A stretch of DNA of 64,000 nucleotides from assembly GCF_043778725.1 (NCBI RefSeq), contig NZ_JAYWFT010000125.1, positions 16,842-80,841 on the forward strand. Direction: 5' to 3'. A program made the translations under genes and the position numbers. A model generated the notes under the pieces. It saw only the letters and a list, made by a program, of their open reading frames with translations, did not search any database and had not been told where the DNA came from. The DNA comes from Flavobacterium sp. GTDB taxonomy: Bacteria > Bacteroidota > Bacteroidia > Flavobacteriales > Flavobacteriaceae. Below are positions 18,335 to 27,295 of this stretch, piece after piece (the first letter of the stretch is position 1; each line of letters starts with the position of its first letter).

Positions 18335-19912
18335 ATGGCAGAAATTAAACCAGCTGAAATTACAGCAATATTAAAAAAACAATTATCTGGTTTTGAATCA
18401 GGTGCATCGTTAGAAGAAGTAGGAACTGTACTTCAAGTGGGTGATGGTATCGCTCGTGTTTACGGTTTATCAAATGCTCAATATGGTGAGTTAGTACAAT
18501 TCGACAACGGATTGGAAGCCATCGTATTGAACTTAGAAGAAGACAATGTTGGTGTTGTACTTTTAGGACCATCTACTGGAATCAGAGAAGGCTCTACAGT
18601 AAAACGTACACAACGTATTGCTTCTTTAAAAGTTGGTGAGCAAATCATTGGTCGTGTTGTAAACACACTTGGTGAGCCAATAGACGGTAAAGGACCAATT
18701 GGTGGTGAACTATATGAGATGCCACTAGAAAGAAAAGCTCCTGGTGTTATCTTTCGTCAACCAGTAACAGAACCATTACAAACTGGTATCAAAGCTGTAG
18801 ATGCAATGATTCCTGTGGGTCGTGGACAACGTGAGTTGGTTATTGGTGACCGTCAAACTGGTAAATCATCAGTTTGTATTGACACGATTTTAAATCAAAA
18901 AGAATTTTACGAAGCTGGAAAACCAGTGTTTTGTATCTATGTTGCTATCGGACAAAAAGCATCAACTGTGGCTGGAATTGCAAAAATGCTAGAAGAAAAA
19001 GGAGCAATGGCTTATACAGTAATTGTAGCAGCTAACGCATCTGACCCAGCACCAATGCAGGTTTATGCACCAATGGCCGGAGCTGCAATTGGAGAATATT
19101 TCCGTGATTCGGGTCGTCCTGCATTAATTGTTTATGATGATTTATCTAAACAAGCAGTTGCTTACCGTGAAGTATCACTTTTATTAAGAAGACCACCAGG
19201 TCGTGAGGCTTATCCTGGTGACGTTTTTTACTTACACTCTCGTTTATTAGAAAGAGCGTGTAAAGTAATTGCAGATGATGATATCGCTAAAAACATGAAC
19301 GATTTGCCAGATACTTTAAAAGGTATTGTAAAAGGTGGAGGTTCATTAACAGCATTGCCAATTATTGAAACTCAAGCAGGTGACGTTTCTGCATATATTC
19401 CAACTAACGTAATCTCGATTACAGATGGACAAATTTTCCTTGATGGTGATTTGTTTAATTCTGGAGTTCGTCCTGCAATTAACGTAGGTATTTCGGTATC
19501 TCGTGTTGGAGGTAATGCTCAAATTAAATCAATGAAAAAAGTTGCTGGTACCTTAAAATTAGACCAAGCGCAATTCCGTGAATTGGAAGCTTTCGCTAAA
19601 TTTGGATCCGATTTAGATGCGGTAACTTTAAACGTAATTGAAAAAGGTAGAAGAAATGTTGAAATCTTAAAACAAGGTTTGAATGACCCTTATACTGTTG
19701 AAGATCAGGTTGCAATTATCTATGCTGGATCTAAAAACCTATTAAGAAATGTTCCTGTTAATAAAGTAAAAGAATTCGAAAAAGACTTCTTGGAGTATTT
19801 AAACAATAAACATAGAGACGTTCTTGATGCATTAAAAGCAGGAAAATTAGATGATAATATCACAGATGTTATTGAAAAAACAGCTAAAGAATTATCAGCA
19901 AAATATAATTAA
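18335..19912 (+). CDS. atpA: F0F1 ATP synthase subunit alpha
   Basis: [41 protein letters not shown]. Confidence 0.98.
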   Translation: MAEIKPAEITAILKKQLSGFESGASLEEVGTVLQVGDGIARVYGLSNAQYGELVQFDNGLEAIVLNLEEDNVGVVLLGPSTGIREGSTVKRTQRIASLKVGEQIIGRVVNTLGEPIDGKGPIGGELYEMPLERKAPGVIFRQPVTEPLQTGIKAVDAMIPVGRGQRELVIGDRQTGKSSVCIDTILNQKEFYEAGKPVFCIYVAIGQKASTVAGIAKMLEEKGAMAYTVIVAANASDPAPMQVYAPMAGAAIGEYFRDSGRPALIVYDDLSKQAVAYREVSLLLRRPPGREAYPGDVFYLHSRLLERACKVIADDDIAKNMNDLPDTLKGIVKGGGSLTALPIIETQAGDVSAYIPTNVISITDGQIFLDGDLFNSGVRPAINVGISVSRVGGNAQIKSMKKVAGTLKLDQAQFRELEAFAKFGSDLDAVTLNVIEKGRRNVEILKQGLNDPYTVEDQVAIIYAGSKNLLRNVPVNKVKEFEKDFLEYLNNKHRDVLDALKAGKLDDNITDVIEKTAKELSAKYN

Positions 19913-19920
19913 AAAGCATT

Positions 19921-19965
19921 AAGTATCAAGTATCAAGAATTAAGACATCTTGATACTTGATATTT
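19921..19965. repeat. Heptamer-built palindrome between atpA and atpG
   Basis: AAGTATCAAGTATCAAG ... CTTGATACTTGATATTT (16/17 inverted match). Confidence 0.8.
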
Positions 19966-19985
19966 AAATCTTAATACTCAAAAAC

Positions 19986-20846
19986 ATGGCAAATTTAAAG
20001 GAAATCCGTAATAGAATTACTTCCGTTTCATCAACAATGCAGATTACTTCTGCGATGAAAATGGTTTCTGCTGCAAAGCTAAAAAAAGCACAAGATGCAA
20101 TTACAGCTATGCGACCTTATGCCGAAAAATTAACGGAATTATTACAAAATCTATCTTCAACTCTTGAAGGTGAAGTTGGTGGAAGTTTTACAAAACAACG
20201 CGAAATCAATAAGGTTTTAGTAGTTGCAATTACTTCAAATAGAGGTTTGTGTGGTGCATTTAACACAAATGTTATCAAACAAGCCAAAGTTGTTGCTGAA
20301 TCTTATTCTGGAAAACAAGTTGATATTTTTGCAATTGGTAAAAAAGGAAATGATGTTTTAGCAAAGACTAGTACGGTTATTGAAAATCATAGTGATGTTT
20401 ACGATAATTTGACTTTTGATAATGTAGCAACTATTGCAAATATCTTAACAGAAAAATTCACTTCTGGCGATTATGATAAGATTGAAATAGTATACAATCA
20501 ATTTAAAAATGCCGCTACACAAATCGTTCAAACCGAGCAATTTTTACCATTAGCAGCAGTAAAATCTGATAAGCCAGCATCAACTGGAGATTATATTTTT
20601 GAACCTTCAAAAGAGGAGATTGTTGAAACATTAATTCCAAAAATGTTAAAAACACAATTGTATAAATCCATTAGAGATTCATTTGCTTCTGAACATGGCG
20701 CTCGTATGACTGCAATGCACAAAGCAACTGATAATGCAACTGATTTAAGAAATCAATTGAAATTAACTTACAACAAAGCACGTCAAGCTGCAATTACTAA
20801 CGAAATCTTAGAAATTGTTGGTGGAGCAGAAGCTTTGAAAGGATAA
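19986..20846 (+). CDS. atpG: F0F1 ATP synthase subunit gamma
   Basis: QITSAMKMVSAAKL, NRGLCGAFN, SEHGARMTAM, YNKARQAAITNEILEIVGGA. Confidence 0.98.
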   Translation: MANLKEIRNRITSVSSTMQITSAMKMVSAAKLKKAQDAITAMRPYAEKLTELLQNLSSTLEGEVGGSFTKQREINKVLVVAITSNRGLCGAFNTNVIKQAKVVAESYSGKQVDIFAIGKKGNDVLAKTSTVIENHSDVYDNLTFDNVATIANILTEKFTSGDYDKIEIVYNQFKNAATQIVQTEQFLPLAAVKSDKPASTGDYIFEPSKEEIVETLIPKMLKTQLYKSIRDSFASEHGARMTAMHKATDNATDLRNQLKLTYNKARQAAITNEILEIVGGAEALKG

Positions 20847-20871
20847 TTTTTTAATTCAAATAAATTTTAAG

Positions 20872-20912
20872 AAGAGTCAACAGTAGTTGGCTCTTTTTTT
20901 GTTATTTTTATA
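20872..20912 (+). terminator. Rho-independent terminator after atpG (copy 1 of a direct repeat)
   Basis: AAGAGTCAAC-AGTA-GTTGGCTCTT stem (one G-U pair) plus T-tract. Confidence 0.85.
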
Positions 20913-21010
20913 ACAGAAATAAATTTTATAATAAACAATAATATAAAAAATTGATTTAACATTATGCAAGAGCATATCTTTTGTACCTTTTGTATTTTAA
21001 AACGATAAAA

Positions 21011-22150
21011 ATGAAAAAGTTTGTTTTACTAATAGTTTGTTTTAGTTTTAATATTGGAATTAGCCAAATAATAAACATACCAGATCCAATCTTTAAATCT
21101 TTACTTGTTAACTCCTCATATAGTATTAATACAGCTTTTGATTGTGTAAACTATAACAATTACAAAATAGATATTAATAATAATGGAGAAATTGAAGAAA
21201 GTGAAGCATTATTGGTTTGTACATTATTTATCAATACTCCAGGAATTAATAATTTAACGGGTATTGAGCATTTTACAAATTTAACACAATTGATTTGTGT
21301 TCAAAATAATATAACAAGTATTAACGTATCGCAACTTGTTAACCTAGAGTATTTATTTTGTGGTCAAAATAATTTAACAAATCTTGATGTATCACAACTT
21401 ATCAATTTAAAACTGTTGAGTTGTAGTTACAATAATTTATCCACTATTGATGTATCACAACTTGCAAATTTAGAGAGTTTAGGTTGTAACAACAACCAAT
21501 TAACGCATTTAGATATAAGTAATTTATCAAATCTAAAAAATGCTTATTTTGTTAATAACCAAATCAATACTTTTGATTTTGAAAATACCCCAATGTTAGA
21601 AAAAGTTTTTTGTAAAAACAACCAATTAACGAGTTTAGATTTTAGCAACAATCCACTATTTAATGAGCTAGATTGTATGAACAATCCTAACTTAACCTCA
21701 ATTAATATTAGTAATGGTACAACCCAACTTTTTGGTCCACAAACAGCCTACAATGAATGCTGGACAGGTTGCCCAAATCTTTCAAGAATTTGCGCTGATA
21801 GTAGTGAACTACTTGCTTTAGAAAATTATCTTGATAGCTGTAATATTGATATTAATACGATTACTTTTACTAGTAATTGTAATTTGGGTAATGAAGCGTT
21901 TGCTAAAAATGAAATGGTTATTTATCCTAATCCATTTAAAAATAGTTTTAAAATAAGTGTACCAAACCTGACATCTGACAATGTTATTATTAAAGTCTAT
22001 GATATGTTGGGTAAAACTATAGAGGTTTTAGATTTATCAATACAACAATTAGAAACATTAGAACTTGGTAAAAATTATAAAAGTGGTGTTTATACTATTT
22101 TGGTACAACAAGGTACAAACTTACAAACATTGCGAATTATTAAAGAGTAA
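21011..22150 (+). CDS. Leucine-rich-repeat surface protein with a T9SS type A C-terminal sorting domain
   Basis: Signal peptide, IPDPIFKSLL..DINNNGEIEESEAL cap, 21-aa LRRs (NNLTNLDVSQLINLKLLSC), CTD IYPNPFKN...VYDMLGK...GVYTI...IIKE. ATG 21011 preferred over TTG 20981. Confidence 0.88.
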   Translation: MKKFVLLIVCFSFNIGISQIINIPDPIFKSLLVNSSYSINTAFDCVNYNNYKIDINNNGEIEESEALLVCTLFINTPGINNLTGIEHFTNLTQLICVQNNITSINVSQLVNLEYLFCGQNNLTNLDVSQLINLKLLSCSYNNLSTIDVSQLANLESLGCNNNQLTHLDISNLSNLKNAYFVNNQINTFDFENTPMLEKVFCKNNQLTSLDFSNNPLFNELDCMNNPNLTSINISNGTTQLFGPQTAYNECWTGCPNLSRICADSSELLALENYLDSCNIDINTITFTSNCNLGNEAFAKNEMVIYPNPFKNSFKISVPNLTSDNVIIKVYDMLGKTIEVLDLSIQQLETLELGKNYKSGVYTILVQQGTNLQTLRIIKE

Positions 22151-22168
22151 AAAACTAAAGTAAATATA

Positions 22169-22208
22169 AAGAGTCAACAGTAGTTGGCTCTTTTTTGTTA
22201 TTTTTATA
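22169..22208 (+). terminator. Rho-independent terminator (copy 2 of the direct repeat)
   Basis: Identical to 20872-20912 except for one fewer T. Confidence 0.85.
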
Positions 22209-22225
22209 TCTGAATTTAATAAAAA

Positions 22226-22663
22226 ATGAAATTACAAGTTTTAACATCCGTTCAAGAAATGCTTTCGCAAATAGAAACCATAAAATTTCTATATCCAAAC
22301 ATGACTATTGAAAGATATAAAGGTTTTCTATCAGATATGATTCCAAAAAATTACAAACAAGTTGCCGTTTTTGATGGAGAAACTTGTGTAGGATTAACTG
22401 GTTTTTGGTTTGGCACCAAATTATGGACAGGAAAATACCTAGAAATTGATAATTTTATAGTCCATCCGGATTATAGAAAAAACGGAATTGGTAAACTTCT
22501 AACAAATTTTATTGACGAAAAAGCCATAGAATTAAATTGTACTTGTATCGTTCTAGATGCTTTTACAGGAAACTTTGTAGCACACAAATTCTATTATAAT
22601 CAAGGCTATGTTCCAAGAGGTTTTCACTTTATAAAAACAATTGACGAAAATGGGTTTTCTTGA
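22226..22663 (+). CDS. GNAT family N-acetyltransferase
   Basis: LEIDNFIVHPDYRKNGIGKLL acetyl-CoA motif A, AHKFYYNQGY. Confidence 0.9.
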   Translation: MKLQVLTSVQEMLSQIETIKFLYPNMTIERYKGFLSDMIPKNYKQVAVFDGETCVGLTGFWFGTKLWTGKYLEIDNFIVHPDYRKNGIGKLLTNFIDEKAIELNCTCIVLDAFTGNFVAHKFYYNQGYVPRGFHFIKTIDENGFS

Positions 22664-22777
22664 TTTTAAAGAGATTCTTACAAATTTTAAAATTTCTATT
22701 TAAAAATTAGTAACTTTTTAGTCATATATTCGTATAACTTTAACATTACCTATTTATCTAAAAATAAAATCTACCAA

Positions 22778-23443
22778 ATGGCAAAAGAAAATTTTAATTG
22801 GAAAAGTCTTTTTGTAAATGAAGAAACAGAAAATACTTCTAAACAAGAAACAGTAAACACACCAATTTCCGATGTAAATAAATTTCCAGAAAGTCCTACT
22901 ACATTTCAACCAACCGAAAGCGCAACCAATAATCCATTTCTAAACGAAATTTTTGCTGTTTATGAAAAAGGTTTTGAATCTTTAAATCAAACTGGTTTTG
23001 ACTTTTATGAAATGTATAAATCGGTAATTTCTGTAGGAGCAACCAATCCGCAAAGCTATCAAATGGCTTTTACGATGGGAAAAACTATCAATCCGCAATT
23101 GTCTAAATCATTTCTCTTAGAAAAAAGTAAATATTATACAGAAGAAATTGAAAAAGTTCATGCCAAGTATGATGCTACAGGAAATTCTAGAAAGAAAGAT
23201 TTAAACGATGCAATCACTGCCGAAAAAGGAAATTTAACTCGAACGATAAGTGATTTAGAATCTAAAATCGCACAACTTCAAAGTGATTTGCAAAAAAATA
23301 AAGCCGAACTTGAAAAAATAGACTTCAAAAACAAAGAGCAATTCAGCGAAATTCAACTTAAAATTGAAGCTAATGATTTGGCAAAAAAGAAAATTTTAGA
23401 TTCAATTAATACAATCGTAACTGGTATCAATCAATACTTATAA
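22778..23443 (+). CDS. Hypothetical protein with C-terminal coiled coil (gene 1 of the PspA-like/ABC operon)
   Basis: N-terminal FNWKSLF motif, low-complexity linker, helical core, heptad region LTRTISDLESKIAQLQSDLQKNKAELEKI. Confidence 0.75.
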   Translation: MAKENFNWKSLFVNEETENTSKQETVNTPISDVNKFPESPTTFQPTESATNNPFLNEIFAVYEKGFESLNQTGFDFYEMYKSVISVGATNPQSYQMAFTMGKTINPQLSKSFLLEKSKYYTEEIEKVHAKYDATGNSRKKDLNDAITAEKGNLTRTISDLESKIAQLQSDLQKNKAELEKIDFKNKEQFSEIQLKIEANDLAKKKILDSINTIVTGINQYL

Positions 23444-23448
23444 AATCA

Positions 23449-24570
23449 ATGGATAAATTTGCACAAGAAAAAACGACACTTTTAGAACTTCCAATTCTTA
23501 AACATTTTGATGAATCTAAAGGTGAAATTGCATTAAGTTCAAACACATTAAAAAAAGGTGAAAAATCTATCTTTTGGATTCTCGCTTTAGGACTTTTAGG
23601 AGTTGGTGGTTACCTAACTTGGACGTACATTATTCCGCCACTTTTCACAATGCTAGGTCAAGCAATTGCACTTTCAGCCACTGGAGTTTTCCTAATTTTT
23701 TTAGTGATGATGTTTCCAGTAATCATGAAAGGTTTACGTTTTATGACTAAAAATTTGCACAAAGCATTAATTCAGAGTAATCCGTTTAATGAATTAGAAG
23801 AGCAAAAACAGAAAATGGTAAAGAACCGTGAAGTTTTTAAAAACACTAAAGCCAAGCTTAAAGGTTTGAAAAACGAAATGGAAATTGAAGCTACTAAATC
23901 TGAAAAAGAAGCAAAATCATTTCAAGAAGATGTGCTGAGTTTGCAACGTCAATCCGAAAAATTGAAATCAGCCATGGACGAAATGGTTCGAATAAATGGT
24001 GCTGCAGCAAAAGATACTGATGAATATGTTGCCTTACAAAGTGAATTAGCAAGAAAACTTTCCGATTCACAACGAATTTCAAATCAATACGAGCAAAGCA
24101 AAAGTTTTATCCAGAAATATGGCGTAAGAGCGAATGTTCTTGGTAAAATGGACAGAAAACTTACACTTGCCGGAACTGCAATTGACATAAAAATTGCCGA
24201 TTTTGATGCAACTGTTGTGATGTTAAAAAAGGAATTCGAATTTGCTAAAAACGCCAAAGAAGCAACAGAAAGTGCCAAAAGTGCGATGATGTTTACTAAA
24301 GATTGGGAATTAGAATACGCATTAGAAGTGGTAACATCAACAATTGCCTTGGATATTGCTAGAACTTCTGAAAACCTGATTGATATTGACGCATTGACAT
24401 CGAAATATTCTGTAGATAATGACGAACTGTATTCACGATTAGATTCGTTGGCAGATCAAATTAAAACTGGCGACAATACCATTCCAGATTCTACTAAATA
24501 CACAAGTCCAAATTATAAAATCACTAAAGACGACAAGTTGAACAGTGGTGGTTTTGGAGATATTTTTTAA
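23449..24570 (+). CDS. Two-TM-anchored coiled-coil protein, PspA/IM30-like
   Basis: Two hydrophobic helices (about residues 40-92), then LIQSNPFNELEEQKQKM (resembles the PspA DP-x-x-x-L-E-Q-x-x-x-x-M start) and a long helical hairpin with ..LKKEFEFAKNAKEA.. The family call is an inference. Confidence 0.55.
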   Translation: MDKFAQEKTTLLELPILKHFDESKGEIALSSNTLKKGEKSIFWILALGLLGVGGYLTWTYIIPPLFTMLGQAIALSATGVFLIFLVMMFPVIMKGLRFMTKNLHKALIQSNPFNELEEQKQKMVKNREVFKNTKAKLKGLKNEMEIEATKSEKEAKSFQEDVLSLQRQSEKLKSAMDEMVRINGAAAKDTDEYVALQSELARKLSDSQRISNQYEQSKSFIQKYGVRANVLGKMDRKLTLAGTAIDIKIADFDATVVMLKKEFEFAKNAKEATESAKSAMMFTKDWELEYALEVVTSTIALDIARTSENLIDIDALTSKYSVDNDELYSRLDSLADQIKTGDNTIPDSTKYTSPNYKITKDDKLNSGGFGDIF

Positions 24571-24577
24571 CCTCTTA

Positions 24578-24602
24578 TGTCATCCCGAGCGCAGTCGAGG
24601 GA
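24578..24602. repeat. REP-like short element (GTCATCCCGAGCGCAGTCGAGGGA type)
   Basis: GC-rich 25-mer in an AT-rich spacer with an imperfect CCC.../..GGG hairpin; resembles the GTCAT.CCGAGC..AG.CGAGG.A repeats I recall from Bacteroidota genomes. Confidence 0.55.
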
Positions 24603-24641
24603 AATATTATAACTAAAAACAAATTTAACTTTTAAATACAA

Positions 24642-26456
24642 ATGGGAAAAATTTTACGAACAACTAAATTAACTACTTTTTCTGAACTTTTAATAGTTCT
24701 AGGTGGAGTTGGAGCGATTTTAACTGCAGTTTATTTTATTTCACCAGGTCTAAAAACCGCAGTTTCTAAACAATTAAACGGAATAGAATTAAATACAAGT
24801 GATGTAAATAACGTTACAAATGCTGCCAAAATAGCATTGCCATCTAAAGAAGTTTCATCTGAAGTTGCAGATAAACCTGTATTAAGAATTGCTGGTTACG
24901 CTTGGAATGCCGAATCTGGAATTATCGTTGCCAATGGTGGACCAAAAACAACTAAAGGTTCGTTGATGGAAAAAAACGGTGTAAATCTAGAAATTATTCG
25001 TCAAGACTGGTTGTCAGAATTACGCAATATGCAAATGAAATTTATTGAAGAATTTGATGGTGGAACTGCTTTTCCAACTTCAGATAAAAGTGCTGCTGCT
25101 GTAATGATTATGGGAGATGGTGCACCATTTTACATCAGTTCTGTTCAAAAGTCATTAGACGAAAAATACGGAAAAGATAAATACCATTTACAAGTTTTTG
25201 GAGCAATTGGAATGAGTTATGGAGAAGATAAATTAATTGGACCACCAAGTTGGAAATCAGATCCTAAATCTATGAAAGGCTCAGTAATTTCTGCCGTTCT
25301 TGGTGATGGTGACTGGGTTACAACGGTAAACTATTGTTTTGCAAACGGATTAAAAGTAAATCCAGATCCAACAACGTATGATGCTGATGCTGTAAATATC
25401 TATCCGTCAGAAAATGATGATTACATGAAATCGGCAGAAGAATTGATAAAATCGCAAACTGCAGGTTTTACCGTTTCTTTGAAAGAAGTTACAAACGGAA
25501 AATTGACTGGAAAATCAGTTAACAGAAAAATCGATGGTTGTGCTACTTGGACGCCAGGAGACAAAACGGTTTTTGATAAATTGAATGGCTTTGTTGACAT
25601 CGTTTCTACCAAAGAATTTAACAACCAAATGCCTTGCGTAATTATTGGAGTTAAAGAATGGGCAGCGAAAAACCCAGAAGTGTTTTCTAATGTTTTCAAA
25701 TCGACTTTGACAGCTTCCAACCAAATGAAAAATTATGAAGATTGGAAAGTTAGAGCCTCTGAAGCAGTTGCTGATACGTACAAAATCGAAACTCCCGAAT
25801 ATTGGTACAAAATGTTCAAAGGACAACAAGGAACTAAAAACGGTTTGACTTTTAATATGGGTGGATCTAAAGTATTTAATTATGCCGATGCCATGCAATA
25901 TTTTGGATTGTCTGACGGAGTTAACAGATACAAAGCGGTTTACAATCAAGTTGGAACGTATTTAACAGAATTGAATCCGTTTGGATTTAACGAAAATGTT
26001 GGAAAAGTTTCTTCTTATGACGAAGCGGTAAATTTATTTTATCTAAAAAATATTAATGATATCGAATCGTCTGCTGCTGATAAATCGGATTATTCTGCAA
26101 AAGCTACCGAAGTTATGGCTAGTGGCGAATGGAGAATTAATTTTAACTCAGGAAGTGCCGAAGTTCAAAGTAATTCATCTAAAGATTTAGAGAAAATTTA
26201 CAACTTGTTAATTCAGGCAGAAAATTCCAAATTAACAATTGTTGGTCATACCGATAATGTTGGAAATCCAGATTCTAATGTGTCGTTGTCTAAAAATCGT
26301 GCGCAAGCCGTTGTAGATTATCTTACACAAAAAGGAATTCCAGCCAATCGTTTCCAATTAATTGATGGAAAAGGTCAAAACGAACCAGTTTCTGACAACA
26401 ATTCTGCTAGCGGAAAAGCTAAAAACAGACGCGTTGTGGTTACCTTCTTAAAATAA
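24642..26456 (+). CDS. Membrane-anchored periplasmic solute-binding protein fused to an OmpA-like peptidoglycan-binding domain
   Basis: N-terminal TM (ELLIVLGGVGAILTAVYFI); central class II PBP-like region (DGCATWTPGD); C-terminal INFNSGSA..IVGHTDNVG..LSKNRAQAVVDYL..KG..NRRV. Confidence 0.8.
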   Translation: MGKILRTTKLTTFSELLIVLGGVGAILTAVYFISPGLKTAVSKQLNGIELNTSDVNNVTNAAKIALPSKEVSSEVADKPVLRIAGYAWNAESGIIVANGGPKTTKGSLMEKNGVNLEIIRQDWLSELRNMQMKFIEEFDGGTAFPTSDKSAAAVMIMGDGAPFYISSVQKSLDEKYGKDKYHLQVFGAIGMSYGEDKLIGPPSWKSDPKSMKGSVISAVLGDGDWVTTVNYCFANGLKVNPDPTTYDADAVNIYPSENDDYMKSAEELIKSQTAGFTVSLKEVTNGKLTGKSVNRKIDGCATWTPGDKTVFDKLNGFVDIVSTKEFNNQMPCVIIGVKEWAAKNPEVFSNVFKSTLTASNQMKNYEDWKVRASEAVADTYKIETPEYWYKMFKGQQGTKNGLTFNMGGSKVFNYADAMQYFGLSDGVNRYKAVYNQVGTYLTELNPFGFNENVGKVSSYDEAVNLFYLKNINDIESSAADKSDYSAKATEVMASGEWRINFNSGSAEVQSNSSKDLEKIYNLLIQAENSKLTIVGHTDNVGNPDSNVSLSKNRAQAVVDYLTQKGIPANRFQLIDGKGQNEPVSDNNSASGKAKNRRVVVTFLK

Positions 26457-26471
26457 TTTTTATTCAATAAC

Positions 26472-26506
26472 AAAAAGCTACTTATAATTTTTAAGTAGCT
26501 TTTTTT
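26472..26506 (+). terminator. Hairpin with T-tract between the binding-protein and permease genes
   Basis: AAAAAGCTACTTA/TAAGTAGCTTTTT, 13-bp stem. Confidence 0.7.
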
Positions 26507-26520
26507 AACTCTTTTTTTTG

Positions 26521-27291
26521 ATGTTAAAATATTTTACACCTTTTGAAAAAACGACCAAAATGCAACGAACTATCATCTTAGTTTCGTGGGTTGTTTTATT
26601 ATTTGCCATTTGGTTTATTGGCTCGTCTGGAACCAAACATTTGTTTCCAACACCAAGCCAAGTGCTTACTGGTTTTTCAGAATTGTATAAAGAAGGATTG
26701 GTCGTTCATATTTTTCATTCTTTACAACTCTGCTTTTTATCCATTCTTTTGGCAACAATAATTGCCTTGTTATTTGCCTATTCTTGGCCAATTCCGTTAA
26801 TGAAACCTGTGGCAGAATTTGTAACAAAATTTAGATTTCTACCTTTCACCGGATTGTCTTTTTACATCACATTGATGGTTCACGATGCTAGAAATATGCA
26901 AGTATGGATATTGGTAATTTTCTTGACAACGTTCTTGACAACATCTTTAATTGCTGTCATTAAGGACATTCCGCAAGAAGAATTTGATCATGCCAAAACC
27001 CTAAAATGCAACCGTTGGGAAGTGCTTTGGCAAGTAATTGTTTTAGGAAGAATTGATTATGTAATTGATGTAATTCGTCAAAATTTAGCCATAACTTGGA
27101 TGATGCTTGTAACGGTAGAATCAATCGTAGTGGCTTCTGGAGGTTTAGGATTTTTAATTAAAAATTCTGATAAATTCATGAATCACGGTCGTATAATTGC
27201 CTTGCAAATCATCATTCTTTTAATAGGATTGGGACTGGATTGGTCCATCAATTTTTTAAGAAAATCAGTATTTAGATATTCAAAAATATAA
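26521..27291 (+). CDS. ABC transporter permease, NitT/TauT (SsuC/TauC-like) family
   Basis: LFPTPSQV, KFRFLP, EAA-loop-like IKDIPQEEFDHAKTL, WMMLVTVESIVVASGGLGFLI. Confidence 0.85.
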   Translation: MLKYFTPFEKTTKMQRTIILVSWVVLLFAIWFIGSSGTKHLFPTPSQVLTGFSELYKEGLVVHIFHSLQLCFLSILLATIIALLFAYSWPIPLMKPVAEFVTKFRFLPFTGLSFYITLMVHDARNMQVWILVIFLTTFLTTSLIAVIKDIPQEEFDHAKTLKCNRWEVLWQVIVLGRIDYVIDVIRQNLAITWMMLVTVESIVVASGGLGFLIKNSDKFMNHGRIIALQIIILLIGLGLDWSINFLRKSVFRYSKI

Positions 27292-27295
27292 CGCT

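Noticed and set aside
19260-19340. Insertion in AtpA ([18 protein letters not shown]...) as a possible intein or novel element
   Set aside because: Too short, with no intein motifs; I recall it as a lineage-typical loop in Bacteroidota AtpA
15337-20846. Missing atpD and atpC as a deletion
   Set aside because: A separate atpDC locus is the usual arrangement in Flavobacteriia, so their absence here is expected
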